A stretch of 64,000 nucleotides of DNA from Bacteroidota bacterium (GTDB lineage: Bacteria > Bacteroidota > Bacteroidia > Bacteroidales > JAGNHN01): NCBI GenBank assembly GCA_022710185.1, contig JAKLHK010000012.1:19245-83244 (forward strand), given 5' to 3'. The position numbers were made by a program, and so were the translations under genes. This document shows, one piece after another, positions 56,398 through 64,000 of the stretch. How positions within the stretch are numbered: the first letter of the stretch is position 1; each line of letters starts with the position of its first letter. Under the pieces are notes generated by a model. The model had not been told where the DNA came from. It saw only the letters and a program-made list of their open reading frames with translations, and searched no databases.

Positions 56398-56777
56398 GGG
56401 TTACCGTCTTGCTGCTCTTTCTGCTGATCGTCCTTGGGTTAAGTTCCTGCGGATACACGCAGATCATTTCGGAGGCACCGGATGCAGAGATCTATGCCGA
56501 CGGCTACTACCTGGGCCGGGGTACGGCCAGTATCACCCGCACGGGGTTTCCAGAGCGCACACACCTGGAGGCCCGCCGCAACGGTCAGGTGATCGGGAAT
56601 GCCAGCATAAGGCGGAGCTTCAGGCTCATCACAGCGATTGGCGGGCTCTATACTTATGGCCTGGGCTTTATACTCTTCTGGAAATACCCCCGGGAAGTAA
56701 TCATCCCCGTCCCCTATCGATGGGACGAGTCCCGGCCGCCCAGCATCTGGGAACTACCTCCTGGCAGCGTCCGTTGA
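56394..56777 (+). CDS. Hypothetical small lipoprotein with C-terminal TM segment
   Basis: 127 aa with lipobox LGLSSCGY. ATGA overlap with the preceding gene suggests translational coupling. Confidence 0.5.
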   Translation: MRVTVLLLFLLIVLGLSSCGYTQIISEAPDAEIYADGYYLGRGTASITRTGFPERTHLEARRNGQVIGNASIRRSFRLITAIGGLYTYGLGFILFWKYPREVIIPVPYRWDESRPPSIWELPPGSVR

Positions 56778-56781
56778 TTCC

Positions 56782-57549
56782 TCAGGCATACCCCATCAGC
56801 CTGTAGGCCAACATCCCCACTATTTCGTGTGTCAGGATGCGCCATTTCAGCAGGCTGTCGAGGGAAGGCACCAGGAGATGCTCCGGATCGCGACGGCGTT
56901 CCCCGGTAAGCTGATCCGTTACATAGGGAATAAAGGGTATTCCGGTCTCCTGGAAACAGGCCCTCGCCCTGCGCATATGGCTGGCAGAAGTAACCAGCAG
57001 CACCTCCCCTTCTATTCCGTTTTCCTTGAGAATGCGGCTGGTTTCCACGGCATTTTCGCGTGTATTCCTCGAAAGGGTGTCGATGAGGATATCCTCAGCC
57101 GCTACCCCGACCTCCCGGAGGTAGGCGGAAAGATACGCGGCTTCCCGCTCCTGCTGGCGCAGGGGATGGCCAGGGCCGGCCGAAAGGATGATGCGCTTCA
57201 CCTGACCCCGGGCGTACAGCGCATGCGCCTGCAGGACGCGGTCGGTATGGTCGCGGAAGATATACCGCTGGTGGGCCTTATCCCAACTGACCATATGCCC
57301 TCCCAACACCACGGCCGCTTCGTACACCTTATCCTGCTCCTCGAGTTCGTTCATCGGGAGCTCCCATCTTCGCAGCACTTCATCGGCAAGAAAGGGATTC
57401 ATCAGCAGATAGGCCAGGACCAGCGCGGCAATGCCCCGCCGCTTCATTACCAGCGGCTTGCGGGCCACCAACGGCCATAAGAGCAGCAGCAGCAGCCAGA
57501 GGGCCGGTGAAAGCAGGTAACCCGTGATCTTGGACAGGTAATAGAACAT
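56782..57549 (-). CDS. YdcF family (DUF218) protein
   Basis: The start at MFYYLSK (57549) avoids overlap with the upstream gene. ..VVLGG..ILSAGPG..LIDTLSRNTRENA..LLVTSASHMRRA.. fits DUF218. Confidence 0.8.
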   Translation of the reverse strand: MFYYLSKITGYLLSPALWLLLLLLWPLVARKPLVMKRRGIAALVLAYLLMNPFLADEVLRRWELPMNELEEQDKVYEAAVVLGGHMVSWDKAHQRYIFRDHTDRVLQAHALYARGQVKRIILSAGPGHPLRQQEREAAYLSAYLREVGVAAEDILIDTLSRNTRENAVETSRILKENGIEGEVLLVTSASHMRRARACFQETGIPFIPYVTDQLTGERRRDPEHLLVPSLDSLLKWRILTHEIVGMLAYRLMGYA

Positions 57550-57581
57550 AGCGCTGAGGTAATTCAGGTAAAGTCCAGGGC

Positions 57582-59654
57582 CTAATATGACCCCAACCAA
57601 CGCCGGATGAACCATTCAAGGGTCAGCAGGGCCAGCAGGGCAAAGAACACCCATTTAAGGTGGATAAGCTCCGCATAGGTCTTCTTTTCATACACCACGG
57701 TCCGGATATTCTCCTTCTGACGGATCCACTCCGCAACCTCGGCCATCTCCTGCCGGGCAAACACCTCTCCCCCGCTCAATCCGGCCAGTCGATACAGGCT
57801 GGAATGATCGGCGCGGGTGTTGATCATTTCGGCCACCACGGGTGTAACCGTGAATTTTCCACTGCGCTGGAAGGCCTCCTCTCCCAGCTGCACCGATGCA
57901 TTATAGGAATAAGGTCCGGGAGGCAGTACCCCGGCATCCAGGGTATAGGCCATGCCCTTGCGGGTGAACGCAAAGGGGAAGGACTTGCCCCCGGCATCGG
58001 TGATTACCATGCGGGCATCTGGTTCGTTGACCAGCTCAAAGGCTTCGTTGTATAGTTCTGCTCCGATGTTCACCGCGATATTTTCAGGGTACTCATATTC
58101 GGCCATTACGCGGAAGCGGCTCCGGTCAGCACGGACCGAGAGGTACTGTACCATCTTGTTCACCATCAGGTCGAAGGTGACATGGCTGCCCCTGAGCAGG
58201 TATTCCTGCATCCTCCATCGCCATATTCCTTCCCCCAGCACCACCCCACTTTTTCGCTGCTGGTCCTGACTGAAGACTACCAGGGGATAATCGGTACTTA
58301 CGGAACCCAGCTTCTGGTTGAACAGGGGAAAGGCTGAGCGGGTGAGATTGATGTCGGCGAAGGGCACACGCAGGGGGGGCCACTCACGCGTCAGGTCCCT
58401 GAGGTTGTGCGGAATCGTAAAAAGGCCGAAACGTTCCTGGGCCAGGGGCTGTGCCTCGTTCCAACCATTACGGATGGCGTTGAACTCCACCCCGGCATCC
58501 AGGGCATTGAACAGCCGCAGATCCGTGCTCTGGCTCAGCAGGAAAAGTGTAGGGAAAGCCTCACGGCTGACCTGGTCGAGCAGCTCACGGCCCGGGTACT
58601 TCACCGAAGGCAAGCCATGCAGCATCAGGAGGTTGAATCCATCAAGATCATCAACCTCTGCAGGGGCCATGCGGACCTCTACTTCATAGTTCTGGTTCCC
58701 TTCTATGGCTTGCCGAAGGGCCGAAAGGTCCGGATGGGGTGCCGCGGCATAGATCAGGACTTTCTGGCGTGCGTCCAGCACCTCGATGTAGGCAGTCTGG
58801 ACATTGTTCTGACGGTTTTCTTCACCGGGCCGGGGCACCAGGCTGAAGTTCAGCGTGGTTATACCAGGCTTATCTGCCGGAAAAACGAGCTGGAGTGTAG
58901 TGCTGAAGTCAGGGGTCGGAACACGAACCGGCACCTGCCGTATGCCACGCCCATCCTGCAGCACCTGCAGCATCAAAGTTTCTCCGGCATAACCGCTGGC
59001 CTGCACCACCACTTCCATCGGGAACTCATTGCCCAGGTAGGTGATCCGGTTATAGAAAAGGCGGCTGATTCGCACATCCTTCTGGGCTGAGGTGTCACCC
59101 AGGGCCACCCCCACCACCGGCCACTGCCCGGCCCCCGGATCATGGGCCGGATTGCGCCCGCGGTTGAAGAGCCCATCAGTGGCCAGTACGACCGCCCCCA
59201 GGTTGCGGTTGGTGAAGCGGGTGCGAATCTCCTCCATCAATTGGGAGGCATCGGTATACTTTTCGGAAAAATCGGCCTGCAGGCCCGGATTCACCTGGTC
59301 CCCGAACAGCAGAGGACGGACATCATAGTCGTCGGCCAGCTCCTGGGCCAGGGATTCCCACGCTGCGGTCAGTGCCGAACTGTCTTCGCCCTGGATCACC
59401 GACAGGGAATTGTCCATGGCCATCACGATCAGGGGCTTCTCCTTGCTGGTGCGAAGCATGCGCACCAGGGGGGCCAGCAGAAGGAAGGCTATGAAAGTGA
59501 CGGCAGTAAAACGGGCGAGGGCCAGTAACCATCGGGTGAGCGGCAGAAATGAATCTGTGCGGTCCCGGTAATACAACAAGGCAGCATACAGTGCCCCTGC
59601 AGCTACGCAAAGTACTGCATGCCACCAGGGATGGTCTGTGAGTATGCTTAGCAC
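57582..59654 (-). CDS. Large membrane protein with N-terminal double-TM region and C-terminal TM (vWA/GATase1-like middle; function unknown)
   Basis: 690-aa ORF: N-terminal HPWWHAVLCVAAGALYAALLYY.. and ..FTAVTFIAFLLLAPLV, C-terminal ..WVFFALLALLTLEWFIRR. Confidence 0.6.
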   Translation of the reverse strand: MLSILTDHPWWHAVLCVAAGALYAALLYYRDRTDSFLPLTRWLLALARFTAVTFIAFLLLAPLVRMLRTSKEKPLIVMAMDNSLSVIQGEDSSALTAAWESLAQELADDYDVRPLLFGDQVNPGLQADFSEKYTDASQLMEEIRTRFTNRNLGAVVLATDGLFNRGRNPAHDPGAGQWPVVGVALGDTSAQKDVRISRLFYNRITYLGNEFPMEVVVQASGYAGETLMLQVLQDGRGIRQVPVRVPTPDFSTTLQLVFPADKPGITTLNFSLVPRPGEENRQNNVQTAYIEVLDARQKVLIYAAAPHPDLSALRQAIEGNQNYEVEVRMAPAEVDDLDGFNLLMLHGLPSVKYPGRELLDQVSREAFPTLFLLSQSTDLRLFNALDAGVEFNAIRNGWNEAQPLAQERFGLFTIPHNLRDLTREWPPLRVPFADINLTRSAFPLFNQKLGSVSTDYPLVVFSQDQQRKSGVVLGEGIWRWRMQEYLLRGSHVTFDLMVNKMVQYLSVRADRSRFRVMAEYEYPENIAVNIGAELYNEAFELVNEPDARMVITDAGGKSFPFAFTRKGMAYTLDAGVLPPGPYSYNASVQLGEEAFQRSGKFTVTPVVAEMINTRADHSSLYRLAGLSGGEVFARQEMAEVAEWIRQKENIRTVVYEKKTYAELIHLKWVFFALLALLTLEWFIRRWLGSY

Positions 59655-59666
59655 CGGTAATGTGGA

Positions 59667-60368
59667 TTAGGGCCGGGTAATGCCGGTGAGGAGGCTGTAG
59701 GACGTCAGTTTGCCGCTCTTGGAATAGGTGGCGGTTTTCACCACCCCGGTCCCTTCGGCAATCCACTCCTCCCCTTTCGAGCTGACCTTAAGCATCACCT
59801 TCGACTCCACATCATAGGTCAGCTTGTAGCAATCGAAACTGCCCGCGGGAGTGGTGACATTTTCCCTGGCCGAGATCTGCCGATTGAACACTTTCACCGA
59901 CATGGTCATCATGGCCATGCCCTGGTTCATCACCTTCATGATGATCTCGCCATCGTCCAGAGTCTGGCCAACGCTTAGCCGCTGGGGCAGTTCCAGCTCA
60001 TCTCCGGTGACCTCGAACTCCATACCTTCCAGTGAGCCCATCATTTCCGGGCTGATGTACTGGTTCATTTCCACTTTCAGCACTCCGTCGCTGCACTTCA
60101 CCGTGTACTCTGACTCAAAGTGCTCATCCTTCTTCTCCCCGGTGCTCTCGATCTTGATCCTCGCCTCAAACCCGTTACCGGATTGATTGATCGAGAGGAC
60201 CGATTGCCGGGATGTGCCCGTGACCTTGTCCTTGCCATCATAATGCGTCATTTCGATCACGGTGCCCTGCTTGAAGGGGAACCAGGTCTCGCAGGATTGA
60301 CTGTAGAGAGAAGACGACCCTGAGACCATGATCATCAGGAAGATAAGTGAAATAAGGCGGGTCTTCAT
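59667..60368 (-). CDS. Hypothetical secreted protein
   Basis: The start MKTRLISLIFLMIMVSGSSSLYSQ (60368) gives a signal peptide. Beta-rich, no recognised domain. Confidence 0.55.
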   Translation of the reverse strand: MKTRLISLIFLMIMVSGSSSLYSQSCETWFPFKQGTVIEMTHYDGKDKVTGTSRQSVLSINQSGNGFEARIKIESTGEKKDEHFESEYTVKCSDGVLKVEMNQYISPEMMGSLEGMEFEVTGDELELPQRLSVGQTLDDGEIIMKVMNQGMAMMTMSVKVFNRQISARENVTTPAGSFDCYKLTYDVESKVMLKVSSKGEEWIAEGTGVVKTATYSKSGKLTSYSLLTGITRP

Positions 60369-60496
60369 GGATGGAATGATTTTTGGAATAATTTGCTCCA
60401 AATATACGATTTTCGCTCCCTTGGCGCTTTAGCGTGGCAACCGCCCACTCCGGCATTTCGCCGGAGCAAGGGGAACGGACTAAATTCCAGCGGCCT

Positions 60497-62848
60497 ATGA
60501 AACGTATTTCACTGATGCTTTTGTTCATTGGCATGATGTGGCCTGCTCTGGCCCAGACTCCGCAGTTTGTATTGAGCGGATATGCCTCCGAAGCGGGCAG
60601 CAAGGAGCTGCTCATCGGGGTGAATGTCTACATCCCGGCCCTGGGCAAAGGGACCACCACCAACCGCTATGGTTTCTATTCCATTCCCTTGCCCCAGGGA
60701 AAGCATACCTTGATATATTCCTTCATCGGATACAAGAAGGTAGAAAGAGTGGTGGAGCTGAACGCCAGCAGAGTGATCGACATCGCCCTGGAGCCCAGCC
60801 TTGAACTGGAGGGGGTGGAAATAAAGGCTGAACGCATGGAACGCATCAGCGAAGTGGTGCAGATGAGCAGCATCGACCTCCCGGTTCAGCAGGTGCGCAA
60901 CCTTCCTGCCCTATTAGGGGAAAAGGACGTGTTTAAAACCCTGCAGCTTATGCCCGGGGTGCAGTCGGGCTCTGAAGGGAGCAGCGGGCTCTATGTGCGG
61001 GGCGGGGGCCCCGACCAGAACCTCATCATTCTCGATGATGCCACCGTATACAACGCCAATCACCTGTTTGGTTTCTTTTCCCTGTTCAACGGTGATGCGC
61101 TTAAAAGCATCGAGCTCATCAAGGGGGGCTTTCCTGCCCGCTACGGGGGCAGGCTCAGCTCGGTAGTGGACATGAACATGAAGGACGGCAACAAGCAGGA
61201 GCTCCACGGTGCCGGCGGTATCGGCCTGATCAGCTCCCGACTCGTGCTGGAAGGGCCTCTGAAGAAAGATACCTCGAGCTTCCTGGTATCGGGTCGAAGG
61301 ACCTATATCGATGCCCTTACCCGACCCTTCATGCCGAAAGAGGAGAAGGTGGGCTACTACTTCTATGACGTGACCGCCAAGGTCAATTATGACTTTGGCC
61401 CCAGAAACAAGGTATATGCCAGTGCTTACCTGGGCAGGGACAAGTTCAGCTACCTCGACCGCTACGCATCGGGTGAGGACAGGGCGGGCCTTTACTGGGA
61501 GAACGCTACCGCGACTTTTCGCTGGAATCATTTGTATTCCAATAAGTTATTCAGCAACACCTCCCTTATTTACAGCAACTACGACCTGAACATTTACAAT
61601 GAGGAGCGCTGGGAAGACAGTGAGTTCGAGCTAAGGTACCGATCGGGCATCCGTGACCTCAGCATCAAGCACGACCTGGATTATTTCCTCAATGCCGACC
61701 ACCAGATCCGGGCAGGGATACAGTCCACCTTGCACAAATTCAGCCCCAGCGCCTTCGTCATCAAGGATTCCGATGCCAATCAGTATGAAGAAAGCGTAAA
61801 CGATATATACACGGTGGAATCGGGCCTGTACATTGAGGATGAGGCCCGGCTGAACTCCTGGCTGAAGATGAACGCCGGCATCCGTCTCAGCCATTTCACC
61901 CACGGTGCCGTAACCACCTTCAGGCCTGAGCCCAGGGCCTCCCTGGCCTTCAGGCTGGATAAGAACATGAGCGCCAAGGCCTCCTTCGCCATGATGAATC
62001 AGTATGTGCACCTCCTCAGCAATACCGGTATCGGATTGCCTACCGACCTTTGGGTGCCTTCTACCGAGAACATCGGCCCCCAGCAATCCATGCAGCTGGC
62101 TGCCGGCCTGGCGCGCGACATCCCCGAATACGACCTGGGCCTGTCTATTGAAGGCTATTACAAGTGGTCGGATGATATCCTGGGATATCGTGAAGGTGCC
62201 AGCTTCCTGCTGATCGATGACCCGACGGATGCCGATGAATTTTCCTGGGAAGAGAACATCACCATCGGCCAAAGCTGGTCCTACGGAACCGAAGTGCTGA
62301 TCCAGAAGAAGCAGGGCAAGCTGAGCGGATGGATCGGATACACCCTCAGCTGGACATGGAAACAGTTCGATGAGCTCAATTTCGGGAAGAAATTCTTCGC
62401 CAAGCACGACCGCAGGCACGATGTAAGCGTAGTCGCCATATACAAACTGAGTGACGACATCACCCTGAGCGGAACCTGGGTGTACGGTACCGGAAATGCC
62501 ATTACACTCCCCCTGGCCGAATACTATGCCATCATGCATTACCCGGGTTCCATCGAGCCGGGGACCATGAGCTGGTTCATGTACGACTACCGCTATGTCA
62601 GTGACTATGGGGAGAAAAACAGCTACCGTATGGCCCCCTACCACCGCATGGACATCGGCATCCAGTTCCACAAGCAGATGCGAAGGCACAAAAGGACCTG
62701 GGAGCTCAGCCTTTACAATGCCTACAACCGCAAGAACCCCTTCTATTATTACATCGATACCGACTGGGAGAACCAGGGGCAGCGAATTTTGAAACAGGTG
62801 TCACTCTTCCCCGTCATCCCCTCTATTTCCTACAGTTTCGAATTTTAA
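60497..62848 (+). CDS. TonB-dependent receptor with N-terminal CarboxypepD_reg domain
   Basis: The start MKRISLMLLFIGMMWPALAQ (60497) gives a signal peptide. Plug motifs ..LQLMPGVQSGSEGSSGLYVRGG..ILDDATVYN.. and a C-terminal ..SYSFEF. Confidence 0.88.
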   Translation: MKRISLMLLFIGMMWPALAQTPQFVLSGYASEAGSKELLIGVNVYIPALGKGTTTNRYGFYSIPLPQGKHTLIYSFIGYKKVERVVELNASRVIDIALEPSLELEGVEIKAERMERISEVVQMSSIDLPVQQVRNLPALLGEKDVFKTLQLMPGVQSGSEGSSGLYVRGGGPDQNLIILDDATVYNANHLFGFFSLFNGDALKSIELIKGGFPARYGGRLSSVVDMNMKDGNKQELHGAGGIGLISSRLVLEGPLKKDTSSFLVSGRRTYIDALTRPFMPKEEKVGYYFYDVTAKVNYDFGPRNKVYASAYLGRDKFSYLDRYASGEDRAGLYWENATATFRWNHLYSNKLFSNTSLIYSNYDLNIYNEERWEDSEFELRYRSGIRDLSIKHDLDYFLNADHQIRAGIQSTLHKFSPSAFVIKDSDANQYEESVNDIYTVESGLYIEDEARLNSWLKMNAGIRLSHFTHGAVTTFRPEPRASLAFRLDKNMSAKASFAMMNQYVHLLSNTGIGLPTDLWVPSTENIGPQQSMQLAAGLARDIPEYDLGLSIEGYYKWSDDILGYREGASFLLIDDPTDADEFSWEENITIGQSWSYGTEVLIQKKQGKLSGWIGYTLSWTWKQFDELNFGKKFFAKHDRRHDVSVVAIYKLSDDITLSGTWVYGTGNAITLPLAEYYAIMHYPGSIEPGTMSWFMYDYRYVSDYGEKNSYRMAPYHRMDIGIQFHKQMRRHKRTWELSLYNAYNRKNPFYYYIDTDWENQGQRILKQVSLFPVIPSISYSFEF

Positions 62849-62859
62849 GTCAGCACCCC

Positions 62860-63705
62860 ATGAAAACGCAATATCTGTCAGCCCTGCTTCTGTCTTCACT
62901 GCTGCTTCTCGCCGGTTGCGAGAAGATGGTAACCGACGTGGATATTCCCGAATATGAGCCCAAGCTGGTCGTGCACAGTTTTATCTCTTCTGACGAGGCC
63001 CATATCAATGTCTACGTTTCCGAGTCCATCCCGGTATTTGGCAAACCCAGTTCAGATGTAGCCTCTGAACCCATTGCAAATGCCACGGTGGTACTGAGAC
63101 GGAATGGGCAATCGATCACCCTGCCCTACGAAGGGTATACCGCTGGTTACAGCATCCCGGTGGTTGATGCAGGACTTCAACCCGGAAGGACCTACACTTT
63201 GGAAGTCAGTGTTCCGGATGGTCGTCAGGTCACCGGAGAATGTACCATCCCTTCGCACCGGAACGAGACCCTGGAGATCACCTCAGTAATCAAGGAAGCG
63301 GGGGAATTCGACAGCCTTTATACCTTTCAGTTCCGTTTCCGTGACGATCAGGCGGGGGAAGGAAACCACTACCGCGTGTTTGCCTACCTGAAGGTGCGCT
63401 TCGATCCTCAAAGCGAACCCTATGTGCAGGAGCTCAGCTTCGACAAGGGGGAAGTCTACGTTTCAGACGAGAACAGGGACTTATCCACCTTCACCTACCG
63501 TGCCAGTGCCTATGCCTACAAGCTGGAGGAAGTGACGTTCAAGCTGTTGACCACGGACGAAGACTATTACACCTATCATCGCTCTGTAAACTTCCACAGC
63601 GATGGGGACCCCTTCTCCGAGCCCACCCTGGTATTTACCAACATCAGGGACGGATTGGGGATATTCAGCGGTTACCGGGTATATACGGTAACCCAGACCT
63701 TCTGA
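62860..63705 (+). CDS. DUF4249 domain-containing lipoprotein (usual partner of this receptor type)
   Basis: 281 aa with lipobox LLLAGCEK, 11 nt after the receptor gene. Confidence 0.8.
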   Translation: MKTQYLSALLLSSLLLLAGCEKMVTDVDIPEYEPKLVVHSFISSDEAHINVYVSESIPVFGKPSSDVASEPIANATVVLRRNGQSITLPYEGYTAGYSIPVVDAGLQPGRTYTLEVSVPDGRQVTGECTIPSHRNETLEITSVIKEAGEFDSLYTFQFRFRDDQAGEGNHYRVFAYLKVRFDPQSEPYVQELSFDKGEVYVSDENRDLSTFTYRASAYAYKLEEVTFKLLTTDEDYYTYHRSVNFHSDGDPFSEPTLVFTNIRDGLGIFSGYRVYTVTQTF

Positions 63706-63735
63706 TTGCCCGACGGCCTCACCGCATCAAACAAA

Positions 63736-63764
63736 AACGGGCGGCCCGCAATGGACCGCCCGTT
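63736..63764 (-). terminator. Intrinsic terminator after the FKBP gene (may also stop the convergent + strand operon)
   Basis: 9-bp stem AACGGGCGG/CCGCCCGTT with an 11-nt loop. The minus-strand U-run corresponds to the A-run at 63731-63737. Confidence 0.55.
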
Positions 63765-63789
63765 CAGTTTATGCTGAATTGAACGGATG

Positions 63790-64000
63790 CTATTCCACCA
63801 CGTCCATCAGTTCCACCTCAAAGATCAGCGTAGACATGGGCGGGATGCTGCCGGAAGGGCGATCGCCGTATCCCATATCGAAGGGAATAATGAGCATGGC
63901 CTTTCCACCTTCCTTCAGCTCGGCTATGCCCTTTTCCCAGCCCTGGATCACCTGGTTTCCACCCAGTTTGAAGCTGATGGGCTGACCGCGGTCATAGCTG
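63790..64000 (-). CDS. FKBP-type peptidyl-prolyl cis-trans isomerase (C-terminal 69 codons; 5' part outside the window)
   Basis: Not in the ORF track (no start in the window). Manual translation gives ..SYDRGQPISFKLGGNQVIQGWEKGIAELKEGGKAMLIIPFDMGYGDRPSGSIPPMSTLIFEVELMDVVE*. Confidence 0.85.
   Translation of the reverse strand, partial: SYDRGQPISFKLGGNQVIQGWEKGIAELKEGGKAMLIIPFDMGYGDRPSGSIPPMSTLIFEVELMDVVE

Noticed and set aside
60402-60496. Riboswitch upstream of the second TonB receptor (contains GCCCACU and a CCGGC/GCCGG hairpin)
   Set aside because: The spacer of about 95-128 nt is too short for a cobalamin riboswitch and the conserved core elements are absent.

Overview
This is a 64-kb chromosomal window from a Bacteroidota-type genome. 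Supporting marks are a T9SS C-terminal sorting domain, TonB-dependent receptors with CarboxypepD_reg N-domains, a DUF4249 partner lipoprotein, the recN/DUF4835/coaBC/rpoZ/bamD synteny, type-B L31, and TAnnTTTG -7 promoter motifs. By hand counts, GC is about 55-62%. I can support 56 protein-coding genes, two of them partial at the window edges. They are mostly housekeeping: recN, coaBC, rpoZ, bamD, photolyase, dapA, lon, rpmE2, serC/serA, thiolase, yggS, prmC, ribD, dnaA and slyD. The rest are envelope and transport functions: two M14 carboxypeptidases, two TonB receptors, a Na/Pi + PiT + porin phosphate cluster, and CDF, CaCA and EamA transporters. I found no rRNA, tRNA, CRISPR array, transposase or integrase. 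Many long ORFs in the track are antisense shadows typical of GC-rich DNA and were rejected. The standout is a roughly 2.1-kb low-GC cassette (about 8335-10440). It contains the 5' TPR-encoding half of a 1132-aa TPR-CHAT (caspase-like) protease gene predicted to be membrane-anchored and periplasm-facing. Divergently from that gene, it also contains two small unannotated genes for double-glycine-leader peptides, one below the ORF-track size cutoff. These peptides carry three copies of a conserved GP...(I/L)(E/D)(V/Q)PDLT module. I propose this as a candidate peptide-sensing or peptide-processing protease module whose receptor half and ligand genes travel together. That functional link is inference; the composition break, ORFs and motifs are directly visible in the sequence.
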